From positions 117,276 to 149,275 of the IMG/VR virus record IMGVR_UViG_3300033407_000001: 32,000 nt of DNA; one strand, given 5' to 3'. The notes beneath the pieces were generated by a model. That model did not search any database, had not been told where the DNA came from, and worked only from the letters and a program-made list of their open reading frames with translations. Numbering within the stretch: position 1 is the first letter of the stretch; each line of letters opens with the position of its first letter. The translations under genes and the position numbers were made by a program. Positions 21,460 to 28,895 of this stretch are shown here, piece by piece. The stretch is from a virus.

Positions 21460-21463
21460 AAAT

Positions 21464-21538
21464 TGGCACCTCCACCAGGGGTCGAACCTGGATTCCCGGT
21501 TCCGTAGACCGGTGCTCTATCCATTGAGCTATGGAGGC
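21464..21538 (-). tRNA. tRNA-Arg(ACG)
   Basis: GCCUCCA/UGGAGGU, CCGGU-CUACGGA-ACCGG, CCAGG-UUCGACC-CCUGG. CCA is encoded. Confidence 0.85.
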
Positions 21539-21545
21539 AAAAAAA

Positions 21546-21620
21546 TGGAGCCCACGGGCAGAATCGAACTGCCGTGCTCCGTCTTACCAAGACGGCGCTA
21601 AACCACTTAGCTACGCGGGC
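21546..21620 (-). tRNA. tRNA-Thr(GGU)
   Basis: GCCCGCG/CGUGGGC, CCGUC-UUGGUAA-GACGG, GGCAG-UUCGAUU-CUGCC. CCA is encoded. Confidence 0.85.
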
Positions 21621-21808
21621 TTATTGTGTCTCTTTACGATCATGTTTTGACATACGCGACATGTGACCTTGCCGATGTCGGATGTCCATTCATATCCCTG
21701 TATGGAGACCTTAGATCTGCACCAGAGTACATGTGGCTCAAAGATCGGCACACCGACATGCTCCAGCGGTCTGCCGTCTGGCCAATAATGGATCTTTCCT
21801 GGTCTCAT
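21611..21808 (-). CDS. hypothetical protein (65 aa)
   Basis: Track ORF whose UAG stop is U8-A9-G10 of tRNA-Thr. Confidence 0.55.
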   Translation of the reverse strand: MRPGKIHYWPDGRPLEHVGVPIFEPHVLWCRSKVSIQGYEWTSDIGKVTCRVCQNMIVKRHNKPA

Positions 21809-21966
21809 CGAATGACTGGTATTTCAATTACCACAGGTTGGTAGTAGAGATTGATCTTAGATGCCAGGCAGTAGTGGCACTTGTCATGTTCCACCCACTC
21901 ATTGCACTCCCAGCACATCACCTTGGCGTGTTCAAGGTCTTGAGGTAATCGGTAACGACATTTCAT
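21805..21966 (-). CDS. hypothetical Cys-rich protein (53 aa; start trimmed)
   Basis: The ATG at 21966 shares its A with the CCA of tRNA-Val. CWEC..C..HYC pattern. Confidence 0.5.
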   Translation of the reverse strand: MKCRYRLPQDLEHAKVMCWECNEWVEHDKCHYCLASKINLYYQPVVIEIPVIR

Positions 21967-22040
21967 GGTGCGCGAGAGAGGAATTGAACCTCCTACCTCT
22001 TGAATGTCAAACAAGTACTCTACCAGTGAGCTACTCGCGC
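21966..22040 (-). tRNA. tRNA-Val(GAC)
   Basis: GCGCGAG/CUCGCGC, loop UUGACAU, GGAGG-UUCAAUU-CCUCU. CCA is encoded. Confidence 0.85.
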
Positions 22041-22042
22041 AG

Positions 22043-22071
22043 TTGCTCAGATCTCCCACATGAGCTATAAT
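22043..22071 (+). promoter_or_regulatory. + strand promoter candidate
   Basis: TTGCTC (22043-22048), 17 nt spacer, perfect TATAAT (22066-22071). It would read antisense through tRNA-Glu into the + strand ORFs at 22240. Confidence 0.4.
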
Positions 22072-22161
22072 GGCACACAGATGAAGTGCCGGTTATCGGC
22101 CCTATGAACGCCCAGATTCAAGTGATTCCAGGGCTCTAGAAGACTGATGGGAAGCCTGAAT

Positions 22162-22236
22162 TGGTGACCCCAGAGAGGATCGAACTCTCGTTGCCGGCGT
22201 GAAAGGCCGGAATCTTAGCCACTAGACGATGGGGTC
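22162..22236 (-). tRNA. tRNA-Glu(UUC)
   Basis: GACCCCA/UGGGGUC, CCGGC-CUUUCAC-GCCGG, GAGAG-UUCGAUC-CUCUC. CCA is encoded. Confidence 0.85.
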
Positions 22237-22239
22237 GAA

Positions 22240-22416
22240 ATGACAGAATTGGAAATGATCCAAGTACTTAAAACATATGGAGATCACAAGGACAGCTGTG
22301 GAATCACCAAGGTTCTCAAGAACCCACGGGCGGCGACAGATTCTGAGGGGTATCGGATCTATCCTCAGTGCAGCTGTGGATGGGGTAAGATCATATGGGC
22401 GCTACATGGGAGGTAG
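22240..22416 (+). CDS. hypothetical protein (58 aa)
   Basis: ATG..TAG ORF just below the track threshold (MTELEMIQVLKTYGDHKDSCG..). It fills the gap between - strand tRNAs. Confidence 0.4.
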   Translation: MTELEMIQVLKTYGDHKDSCGITKVLKNPRAATDSEGYRIYPQCSCGWGKIIWALHGR

Positions 22417-22425
22417 GAGTCGCGA

Positions 22426-22578
22426 ATGAAAATCTTCAGGGAGAAGCCCGGCATTATAAGCGAGGATGCCTGCTGGGTAGGTCTGCACGACTGTTACCTG
22501 TATGTGGAGGATACGTTGGTTGAACTCCTCGTGACCATACTTACCGAGTGGAAGCATGACAGGCATCTAGTAGGTTAA
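22426..22578 (+). CDS. hypothetical protein (50 aa)
   Basis: AGGAG lies 8 nt upstream of the ATG (MKIFREKPGIISEDACW..). The ORF ends 1 nt before tRNA-Cys on the other strand. Confidence 0.4.
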   Translation: MKIFREKPGIISEDACWVGLHDCYLYVEDTLVELLVTILTEWKHDRHLVG

Positions 22579-22579
22579 T

Positions 22580-22653
22580 TGGAGGTTCAGGGCGGAATCG
22601 AACCGCCGATCCTGGAGTTGCAAACCAGTGCCTTTCCTCTTGGCTACTGAACC
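22580..22653 (-). tRNA. tRNA-Cys(GCA)
   Basis: GGUUCAG/CUGAACC, loop UUGCAAC, GGCGG-UUCGAUU-CCGCC. CCA is encoded. Confidence 0.85.
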
Positions 22654-22654
22654 G

Positions 22655-22730
22655 TGGCGTCCTTGAGGGGAATCGAACCCGCTGTCTCCGGCTTGAGAGG
22701 CCGGCGAACTTGCCGTTGTTCTACAAGGAC
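22655..22730 (-). tRNA. tRNA-Glu(CUC)
   Basis: GUCCUUG/CAAGGAC, CCGGC-CUCUCAA-GCCGG. One C-C mismatch in the T stem. CCA is encoded. Confidence 0.8.
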
Positions 22731-22752
22731 AAAAATGATCTAAGATCTACGT

Positions 22753-23349
22753 GTGACTTTGAAAGCTAGATTCATAAAAGAAGTGGGAACTCGCGCCAGC
22801 CTCCGTGTGTACTGGGGTAAAGACTGCCCTAGTTGCATCGGTGGTAAGAACAGAGGTTATCACAACGCTCAGATTCACCTGGGCGACTCACCGACCATTG
22901 GTGATTGGAAGCTCGGCGGCGAGATCTCCGACTACCAGGATAACCGGTGGCCTAAAAAATGCGACCACTGTGACGCAGTGGTGCCGGAAGAGGCTGAGAG
23001 GCAGGTGTTTCGTAAGAGAATCTATGACACTGCCTCTGGGTTCCCGGAGCCTGGAGATCTGTACTGGGCCGATTGGTACTCTAAGAGGGACGGTCCTGGG
23101 TGTGTGTTCCACGACAACTGCACTGGTAAGCATCTCCGGGCCATTCTCCCCAATGGGCTAGAGTGGGACATTGACGGCAAGGCTAGTAATTGCACTATGC
23201 CGAAGGATAGGCTGCATCGTTGCTGGGTGAGGAAGGGCGAACCGCCTAATGTTGATGTTGGCAAGGGTGGTAACACCTGCGCAGCAGGGGCTGGCTCCAT
23301 CGCAGTTGAGGGCTACCATGGATTTTTACGCAATGGCTCGTTCACGTAG
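22753..23349 (+). CDS. conserved-looking Cys-rich hypothetical protein (198 aa, GTG start)
   Basis: Long + strand ORF with multiple CxxC/HxC pairs and a C-terminal ..CAAGAGSIAVEGYHGFLRNG. I cannot name the family. Confidence 0.6.
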   Translation: MTLKARFIKEVGTRASLRVYWGKDCPSCIGGKNRGYHNAQIHLGDSPTIGDWKLGGEISDYQDNRWPKKCDHCDAVVPEEAERQVFRKRIYDTASGFPEPGDLYWADWYSKRDGPGCVFHDNCTGKHLRAILPNGLEWDIDGKASNCTMPKDRLHRCWVRKGEPPNVDVGKGGNTCAAGAGSIAVEGYHGFLRNGSFT

Positions 23350-23350
23350 T

Positions 23351-23428
23351 TGGCGCACCCCCTGGGGATCGAACCCAGCTAAAATCGGTTAACAGCCGAT
23401 CGCTTTCAACCAGAAGAGCTAGAGGTGC
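23351..23428 (-). tRNA. tRNA-Asn(GUU)
   Basis: GCACCUC/GGGGUGC, AUCGG-CUGUUAA-CCGAU, CUGGG-UUCGAUC-CCCAG. CCA is encoded. Confidence 0.85.
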
Positions 23429-23441
23429 AAATTTTTATCGG

Positions 23442-23660
23442 TCAACATCTCATCACTTGGTTATTGAGCGAGTGATGAGATGAGTGGATCGCGTTGAGCT
23501 TATCCTGCTTATCCTTATCGCCCATGGACGGATCGATGTCGTGTACAAAGACTAGGGCCAAGTGATTTTTCAAACACTCGGTTTGCTCAGCATTAAGCTC
23601 GGTCAATTGACCCATCTCTAAGCATCCTTGCAACCAAAAGCAAAAGTCTCGCGATGTCAT
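23442..23660 (-). CDS. hypothetical protein (72 aa)
   Basis: Track ORF. No motif recognised. Confidence 0.55.
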   Translation of the reverse strand: MTSRDFCFWLQGCLEMGQLTELNAEQTECLKNHLALVFVHDIDPSMGDKDKQDKLNAIHSSHHSLNNQVMRC

Positions 23661-23703
23661 TGTAATATGCTAGCAGCATGGGATCTGGTATGAAAGATCT
23701 GAC

Positions 23704-24039
23704 GTGAAACTTGTCATTATAGAATCACCGTATGCCGGCAACGTGTCCATGAACCTCCGATATCTCCGAGCCTGCCTACGAGACAGTCTTAATCGAGGGG
23801 AGGCTCCTTATGCCTCTCATGGCTTATATACGCAGGAGGGTGTACTCGATGATTCCATTCCAGAGGAGCGCATGCAGGGCATCCATGCTGGCTTCGCATG
23901 GCGACAGGTTGCGCATCTGACTGCTGTCTATGGAGATCTGGGTGTCTCCGATGGGATGCAATACGGTATAGATGACGCCGAGAAGAGATTGGTGCCTGTT
24001 GACTACCGCTCTCTTGGTGGCCATTGGTACGGTAGTTAG
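23704..24039 (+). CDS. DUF4406 / nucleoside 2-deoxyribosyltransferase-like protein (GTG start)
   Basis: VIIESPYAG..GEAPYASH..VYGDLGVSDGM pattern resembles that fold family. Confidence 0.5.
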   Translation: MKLVIIESPYAGNVSMNLRYLRACLRDSLNRGEAPYASHGLYTQEGVLDDSIPEERMQGIHAGFAWRQVAHLTAVYGDLGVSDGMQYGIDDAEKRLVPVDYRSLGGHWYGS

Positions 24040-24111
24040 TTCCAGGGGCAAGACTCGAACTTGCATTACCCTGCTTAACAGGCAGGTGACTTGCCTTTAG
24101 CCGACCCTGGA
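24040..24111 (-). tRNA. tRNA-Asn(GUU), second canonical copy
   Basis: UCCAGGG/CCCUGGA, CCUGC-CUGUUAA-GCAGG, GCAAG-UUCGAGU-CUUGC. No CCA is encoded. Confidence 0.85.
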
Positions 24112-24112
24112 A

Positions 24113-24187
24113 TGGAGCCCGTGAGAGGAATCGAACCACCAACCTACGCTTTACAAAAGCGTTGCTCTACCGTTGAGCTACACGGGC
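24113..24187 (-). tRNA. tRNA-Thr(UGU)
   Basis: GCCCGUG/CACGGGC, ACGCU-UUUGUAA-AGCGU. CCA is encoded. Confidence 0.85.
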
Positions 24188-24191
24188 AAAT

Positions 24192-24265
24192 TGGTTCGGG
24201 GTGAAGGAGTCGAACCCTCGTAGTCTGGTCCAAAACCAGAAGTCCTACCTTTAGACGAACCCCGA
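24192..24265 (-). tRNA. tRNA-Gln(UUG)
   Basis: UCGGGGU/ACCCCGA, UCUGG-UUUUGGA-CCAGA. CCA is encoded. Confidence 0.85.
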
Positions 24266-24287
24266 ATAAAAATGTAGTATCCACTGT

Positions 24288-24458
24288 ATGCAGCCAACAG
24301 ATAAGCGTAAGCAAAGCCTGTATTTTCCAGAAGATATCCTTGAGGAGATCAAAATGGAGGCGGAGCGCCAAGATAAATCAATGTCATGGATCGTCCAGAG
24401 GGCATGGATGATCGCTCGCGCCGAGATGGCAAAGATGCCTTCAGTTAACGATCTTTAG
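24288..24458 (+). CDS. ribbon-helix-helix (CopG-like) DNA-binding protein, 56 aa
   Basis: KRKQSLYFPEDILEEIKMEAERQDKSMSWIVQRAW matches the RHH beta-strand and helix pattern. It falls below the track threshold. Confidence 0.55.
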   Translation: MQPTDKRKQSLYFPEDILEEIKMEAERQDKSMSWIVQRAWMIARAEMAKMPSVNDL

Positions 24459-24529
24459 AGCCCCTGGGCAGAATCGAACTGCCATCGCCTGCTTACGAGG
24501 CAGGTGCGCTGCCATTGTGCTACAGGGGC
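24459..24529 (-). tRNA. tRNA-Thr(CGU)
   Basis: GCCCCUG/CAGGGGC, CCUGC-CUCGUAA-GCAGG, GGCAG-UUCGAUU-CUGCC. No CCA is encoded. Confidence 0.85.
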
Positions 24530-24530
24530 G

Positions 24531-24806
24531 TTAAACCTTAAGAGTCGTAATACTGGCCCGGACTCGATCGGAGACTCGTTGGCACTGCTGCTGCCACCAT
24601 TCATCATCGACCATGGCTAGTCCTGAGACTTCACCCTTGCATTCCCATGTCTCCGTGTTGACGTAGAAGCTGGCAAATTGGTTCTCCTTCCAGCCTTTCT
24701 CCTTAAATGGAGCCCATTGCGGACTGGCTGGAACTATGGCGGTGACCAAAATCTCCTTGATGGTTAGCTCTGGCCTATGTACGACTTCAGCTTCTTCTTT
24801 TTCCAT
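24531..24806 (-). CDS. hypothetical protein (91 aa)
   Basis: The A of its ATG is A76 of tRNA-Gly. Its stop lies 1 nt before tRNA-Thr. Confidence 0.6.
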   Translation of the reverse strand: MEKEEAEVVHRPELTIKEILVTAIVPASPQWAPFKEKGWKENQFASFYVNTETWECKGEVSGLAMVDDEWWQQQCQRVSDRVRASITTLKV

Positions 24807-24879
24807 GGAGCGGGTACGGAGAATCGAACTCCGGTCTACAGGATGGAAGCCTGCAACTCTACCATTGAGCTATACCCGC
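24806..24879 (-). tRNA. tRNA-Gly(UCC)
   Basis: GCGGGUA/UACCCGC, GCAGG-CUUCCAU-CCUGU, CGGAG-UUCGAUU-CUCCG. CCA is encoded. Confidence 0.85.
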
Positions 24880-25268
24880 CTATTGTGAGTTCTAATTGCG
24901 TGGCAGTTGGCGCATACGATCTCGCATTTTGCTGCCTCCCTGAGGATACGCTCTTTGCTCCCAAAGTAGGTCAACTTGCCAACGCCCATATCCTTGTCCC
25001 TGAGGTGATCAAACTGCATAACCCATGGTGGATATTCGATTTTACAGTCAAAACATGGAGTTCGCTTAAGGTCCCAGACAAAGTCTCTCAGCTTCTTCTG
25101 ACGTGATGATGACTGATCTACGTACCGTTGCTTGTTCTGCGCATAATGCATTTGGTGATATTCCCTCACGCACTCCTTGCAACGATTGCGATGACCATCC
25201 CTGGCCTTCTTGTTTCTGTGAAACTCTGAAATATCCTTGTCGTTTTTACACGATCCACATCTCTTCAC
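24870..25268 (-). CDS. HNH homing-type endonuclease
   Basis: CxxC..C..C N-terminal region, then FDHLRDK..CANCHAIRTH. The UAG stop is U8-A9-G10 of tRNA-Gly. Confidence 0.8.
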   Translation of the reverse strand: MKRCGSCKNDKDISEFHRNKKARDGHRNRCKECVREYHQMHYAQNKQRYVDQSSSRQKKLRDFVWDLKRTPCFDCKIEYPPWVMQFDHLRDKDMGVGKLTYFGSKERILREAAKCEIVCANCHAIRTHNRRV

Positions 25269-25579
25269 GCCTGATCCTTGATTGGTGTTGGCTTTTTAGT
25301 TGGTGGTCCATCCTCAGGAGCTACCGTCTGGGGACGGTACCCGACCCATCTGCCACCCATGAAGAGGTTCATTTGCATCTCTTCGATGCGACGTTTCTTG
25401 AACACAATCAGGATGCACCAGATGGGAACAGTGATTGGCCACAGTGGTATCGACAGGAGAAATGTCCAATCAGCTACTCGACCTCCGTCAGCTTCATCGA
25501 CCTGCATATTGGCAAACAGGCCCAATGACAGCCAGCCAATGACAGCTAGTGCGAGAATGAATACTGACACTATGTCCAT
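25265..25579 (-). CDS. membrane protein (104 aa)
   Basis: Two clear hydrophobic helices. 4-nt overlap with the HNH gene. Confidence 0.6.
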   Translation of the reverse strand: MDIVSVFILALAVIGWLSLGLFANMQVDEADGGRVADWTFLLSIPLWPITVPIWCILIVFKKRRIEEMQMNLFMGGRWVGYRPQTVAPEDGPPTKKPTPIKDQA

Positions 25580-25589
25580 TGGTTTTGAT

Positions 25590-25618
25590 CATAGTAGAGA
25601 TCAACAGACTATTGTCAA
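25590..25618 (-). promoter_or_regulatory. TTGACAAT promoter directly after the tRNA-His CCA
   Basis: CCA-A-TTGACAATAG, 16 nt spacer, TACUAU. The ATG lies 11 nt further on. Confidence 0.45.
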
Positions 25619-25619
25619 T

Positions 25620-25693
25620 TGGGGTGGCTGAGGGAAATCGAATCCCCATCACTCGGACCACAACCGAGCGCTCTACCATTGAGCTACAGCCAC
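25620..25693 (-). tRNA. tRNA-His(GUG)
   Basis: GUGGCUG/CAGCCAC, CUCGG-UUGUGGU-CCGAG. C73 and CCA are encoded. No G-1 is encoded (the preceding base is U). Confidence 0.85.
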
Positions 25694-25739
25694 ATCGTTT
25701 GGCGCTTAGCGCCGACAGATCTGCGTCTGCCATAAAGTG

Positions 25740-26624
25740 TTAAGCGGCCTGTACGGATTGCTCAGGCGAGACAACCATGCTCAGGTACTGCTTGAATTTC
25801 TCAACATCCTGCTGAGTACACTCGTCAGGTAGAACCAGCTCCCATGTTTTTCCGGCGAGGGTTACCTTATTGTAGTTCGGGCTGTCGGCTTTATTTTCAA
25901 GCATTACTGAATCGTATCCTGGGCTACTGGGGCCCACATCAGGCGGTGAGAATTCTACTCTTTTAAGATCTTCCGAGGTCAGATCTGCTAGAGGCAGAGA
26001 TATCTGAGGGGAGTCGAAGAAATCTGAATCATCTGGAATTTCTTCGACTGCCTCCTTGGCCTTTGGTTGTCCACCAATGCCTGCCAATTTGCAAGCATCC
26101 AAGAATAGGGCAGCCTTCTTCTTTGCTTCAGCAAATGGCTTAAATTGGAATGATATTACAAGTTTGTGCGCAATCGTATCCGCACTGGGAAGTCGATCTG
26201 CCCCATAGGTATCCCAAAGCTGTTTGAATATTTTTGGTTTGAGACAGGCTGCTGCAAGAGCTTCCCTGTCTTCTTCGACAATGATTTGAATGGCTAGGTC
26301 TGAGACCTTAGCCTCGCGTGTGCTACCGTTTTTGAAGTAGCTAATCAGCCCATATTGACCCAGCGTGCTCAACACCTGACTACCAGAGCTACTCGATGCA
26401 CTGTAGCCGACCATGTCAGCAAGTCGCTTCTTGTGGATAGGCGCAGTACCATCTATTTCGTAGATCTGCCGCACCATGGCGATAGATTCGGATAGACTCT
26501 TGGATGGAGCCATGGGATTCCTATGCTGCTTTTGCGTAGGATTATCATCATTTACAGTAGGTTTGTCGGCGGATTCGGCATTCATCACGATCTTCTTCTC
26601 CCCATTCGTTGCATGAGTGATCAT
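25740..26624 (-). CDS. hypothetical protein (294 aa)
   Basis: Long ORF whose ATG lies at the predicted start of the 26631-26660 promoter. No motif recognised. Confidence 0.65.
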   Translation of the reverse strand: MITHATNGEKKIVMNAESADKPTVNDDNPTQKQHRNPMAPSKSLSESIAMVRQIYEIDGTAPIHKKRLADMVGYSASSSSGSQVLSTLGQYGLISYFKNGSTREAKVSDLAIQIIVEEDREALAAACLKPKIFKQLWDTYGADRLPSADTIAHKLVISFQFKPFAEAKKKAALFLDACKLAGIGGQPKAKEAVEEIPDDSDFFDSPQISLPLADLTSEDLKRVEFSPPDVGPSSPGYDSVMLENKADSPNYNKVTLAGKTWELVLPDECTQQDVEKFKQYLSMVVSPEQSVQAA

Positions 26625-26630
26625 AGATCC

Positions 26631-26660
26631 ACTATGCGCAGGAAGATCTCATTCAGTCAA
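26631..26660 (-). promoter_or_regulatory. promoter giving a leaderless start at 26624
   Basis: TTGACU (26655-26660), 18 nt spacer, CAUAGU. The ATG lies 7 nt downstream. Confidence 0.4.
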
Positions 26661-26966
26661 CAGCGTTGATCGAAAAAAGTATTCGTCGTTTCGATGCTGA
26701 GTATCCGTGTGTATCCGAGATATGCAACTTGGTGTAGCGAGTTACATAGATATATCAGTGATTACCAAGTTATACCAACATTGCAGTTCGCCCTATGACT
26801 CTAGTTACTACGGCGAATTAAGTAGGTTAGCCACCAGAATGGCACGCGCTGGTGGCGCCGCGTTCTCCATCGGAACCAGATACACGCAGAATACGCGGTC
26901 GCGCTTGAATGGCGCGGGGTCTGTTCCCTTTGCCTTGTTGGGGAGGCAAATTCTCTCCCCAGACGG

Positions 26967-27039
26967 AGCGGCTGGCGGGAGTCGAACCCGCTGTCTCTTC
27001 GTTGGCAACGAAGCGTCTTACCAAATCGACTTCAGCCGC
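26967..27039 (-). tRNA. tRNA-Gly(GCC)
   Basis: GCGGCUG/CAGCCGC, CUUCG-UUGCCAA-CGAAG, GCGGG-UUCGACU-CCCGC. No CCA is encoded. Confidence 0.85.
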
Positions 27040-27072
27040 AAATGGTCGCCGAATCGCAACGACCTAATCACC

Positions 27073-27900
27073 CTACTTCCCTACTACGTAACTTCCCTTG
27101 ATTCGATCACTGATGGTTGCCCACCATTTGGCTTCCCCTTCGGTGAATTGCCTGCTACGTCGCCAGGCGCTCCAATCATAGTGCTCGTACTTGAAGCGGC
27201 GAGCCCACATTGGGATCTCCTTACCTTCTTCCTCGTATTTCTTCTTGATCCACGCCGCTGGCTCCGCTTCAAAGCTGCGATGATGCACGCTGTCAACGTG
27301 ACAGCGATCGACCTGCTGGCAGCTGTATTTACATGGGACCCAGTCTTTGTCTGCTGGGATAGCCCAGTACTGGGTCTCACCATCGTCAAAGACTCGACGA
27401 TTGCCAACCCTCTTCTTCACCCACTCTCGGCGAGGGCCTTTGTACTTCTCCATTTTGGAGCGCCAGTGCAACTCACCTCTGTCTCGAAGAATGTCGTTTT
27501 CGTCGATAAAGAAGCGCTTATGGCCCCAGCTATCCTTGCCGTCGTATTCAGTACGACCACCCTCGATCTCGGTCAGCATGTGCTGATTGACAACATGCCA
27601 GCTTGCGAGCGAGCGAGTATCGAACCTCTGCTTCAGCTCGGAGTGGACCTTACTCCAAGGCTGGCCACAACGAGATGCTAGCCAGCGGAAGGCCGGATTG
27701 AGCTTATCGGTGAAGCCCTTGTAAACCTTGTCCCGTGGGCGTAGTGCGGCTTCATCTGCGTGCTCAACGTCCTGGCGGACATTACTAAGCCACTCGCGGG
27801 TGCGAGAGCGCTCGTGTCGATGGGATGCGTTTCGTTCGGATTTATTGTGATTGTACCGTCCACCCTCCAGGGAGGATCGGCTGATGTTTTTGGTAGCCAT
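27073..27900 (-). CDS. hypothetical basic W/R/K-rich protein (275 aa)
   Basis: GAGGAG SD upstream. Preferred over the antisense 324-aa + strand ORF. Confidence 0.65.
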   Translation of the reverse strand: MATKNISRSSLEGGRYNHNKSERNASHRHERSRTREWLSNVRQDVEHADEAALRPRDKVYKGFTDKLNPAFRWLASRCGQPWSKVHSELKQRFDTRSLASWHVVNQHMLTEIEGGRTEYDGKDSWGHKRFFIDENDILRDRGELHWRSKMEKYKGPRREWVKKRVGNRRVFDDGETQYWAIPADKDWVPCKYSCQQVDRCHVDSVHHRSFEAEPAAWIKKKYEEEGKEIPMWARRFKYEHYDWSAWRRSRQFTEGEAKWWATISDRIKGSYVVGK

Positions 27901-28017
27901 TGATGCGGGTCTCCTCTATTCCATTGATAAATAACTGTGTATTTACAATGGTTTAGATTTGACGTTTGCATCTTAATGGTTCCTTGCCTGTGGACGTAAA
28001 AGTACGCCAGTTGAATG

Positions 28018-28046
28018 ACAATGCCTGTTGATGCGGGCATTGTCAA
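28018..28046 (-). promoter_or_regulatory. TTGACAAT promoter directly after the tRNA-Pro CCA
   Basis: CCA-AUC-TTGACAATG, 17 nt spacer, CAUUGU. Confidence 0.4.
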
Positions 28047-28049
28047 GAT

Positions 28050-28124
28050 TGGTCGGAGTGACAGGAGTCGAACCTGCGTTGACCTGGTCCCAAACCAGGT
28101 GGGTCACCGTTACCCTACACTCCG
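28050..28124 (-). tRNA. tRNA-Pro(GGG)
   Basis: CGGAGUG/CACUCCG, CUGGU-UUGGGAC-CAGGU, GCAGG-UUCGACU-CCUGU. CCA is encoded. Confidence 0.85.
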
Positions 28125-28131
28125 TAAAATC

Positions 28132-28341
28132 TTAATTTAGATGAGCATGACTGGAGATCCACTCCAAGATCACCTTACTGTCCTTCTCTGCAGTGCTTGT
28201 TGGAAATATCTTCTCCTCATCGCACATGCTGCACACAAGACGATGTCGCTGGGATGTCCCATCATCTGTGACTTCGAGAAAGTGTTCGGCCTTTCCGAGC
28301 TTACCCGGACCAACAATACTACTGTGATGCATGATCTTCAT
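28132..28341 (-). CDS. hypothetical protein (69 aa)
   Basis: Track ORF preceded by three short hairpins (28342-28400). Confidence 0.55.
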   Translation of the reverse strand: MKIMHHSSIVGPGKLGKAEHFLEVTDDGTSQRHRLVCSMCDEEKIFPTSTAEKDSKVILEWISSHAHLN

Positions 28342-28401
28342 AGTGAACTTTGTTCAAAGTTATGTTCCCCGTGGAACATGAGCGACGCAAGCGCTTGCGC
28401 G

Positions 28402-28494
28402 TGGCGGAAAGAACGAGGGTCGAACTCGCAAGGCCCTTACGGGCTCGCTTCTTTAGCAGAGAAGTGCCATCGCCGGCTATTGGCTTGTCTTTCC
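28402..28494 (-). tRNA. tRNA-Ser(GCU)
   Basis: Class II tRNA: GGAAAGA/UCUUUCC, CUUCU-CUGCUAA-AGAAG, long variable arm. CCA is encoded. Confidence 0.85.
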
Positions 28495-28890
28495 AGAATC
28501 CAAATTGATGTTGATCGAATCCAAGCTGAATCGATCAATCGTACCGTTCTCATCGGCGCGACCATGACCATTGAACGATAGGGATGCCATGTCATCCCCG
28601 CCGTTCTCAAGCATGGCTTTGATCTTCAGGCCTTCGGGAGTGTCCATGATGACTGCTGAAGCGATCACATCGTCTCCACTCATCTCGATATTGGTGACTC
28701 GATGAGTAATCTTGCCAAGACTGAGTGGTATGCCGTCCTCGACTACCCCGAAGCTGTCGCCGGCCTTCAGCTTCTCGCTGAATTCACAGACAGCCTTCTC
28801 AAGGACTTCGCGAGGGTAGATATGATTGTTTACGGTGACCTTTCCCGCTGTGAGAATTGTATTGGTGAGCGTTTTATCAGTGTCAGCCAT
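28477..28890 (-). CDS. hypothetical protein, distantly T4 gp21 prohead-protease-like (catalytic residues not evident)
   Basis: VNNHIYPREVLEKAV.. and ..THRVTNIEMSGDDV..DTPEGLKIKAML..SLSFNGHG resemble the gp21 family pattern from memory only. The 3' end overlaps tRNA-Ser by 18 nt. Confidence 0.45.
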   Translation of the reverse strand: MADTDKTLTNTILTAGKVTVNNHIYPREVLEKAVCEFSEKLKAGDSFGVVEDGIPLSLGKITHRVTNIEMSGDDVIASAVIMDTPEGLKIKAMLENGGDDMASLSFNGHGRADENGTIDRFSLDSININLDSGKTSQ

Positions 28891-28895
28891 GGTTA

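Noticed and set aside
26707-27681. 324-aa + strand ORF
   Set aside because: It lies antisense to the 27073-27900 gene, which has an SD, and it runs across tRNA-Gly(GCC). Its composition is low-complexity, so it is most likely a shadow ORF.
27678-28046. 122-aa - strand ORF
   Set aside because: It overlaps the SD-preceded start of the 27073-27900 gene and begins inside the promoter-like motif at 28041. It more likely lies in the 5' UTR.
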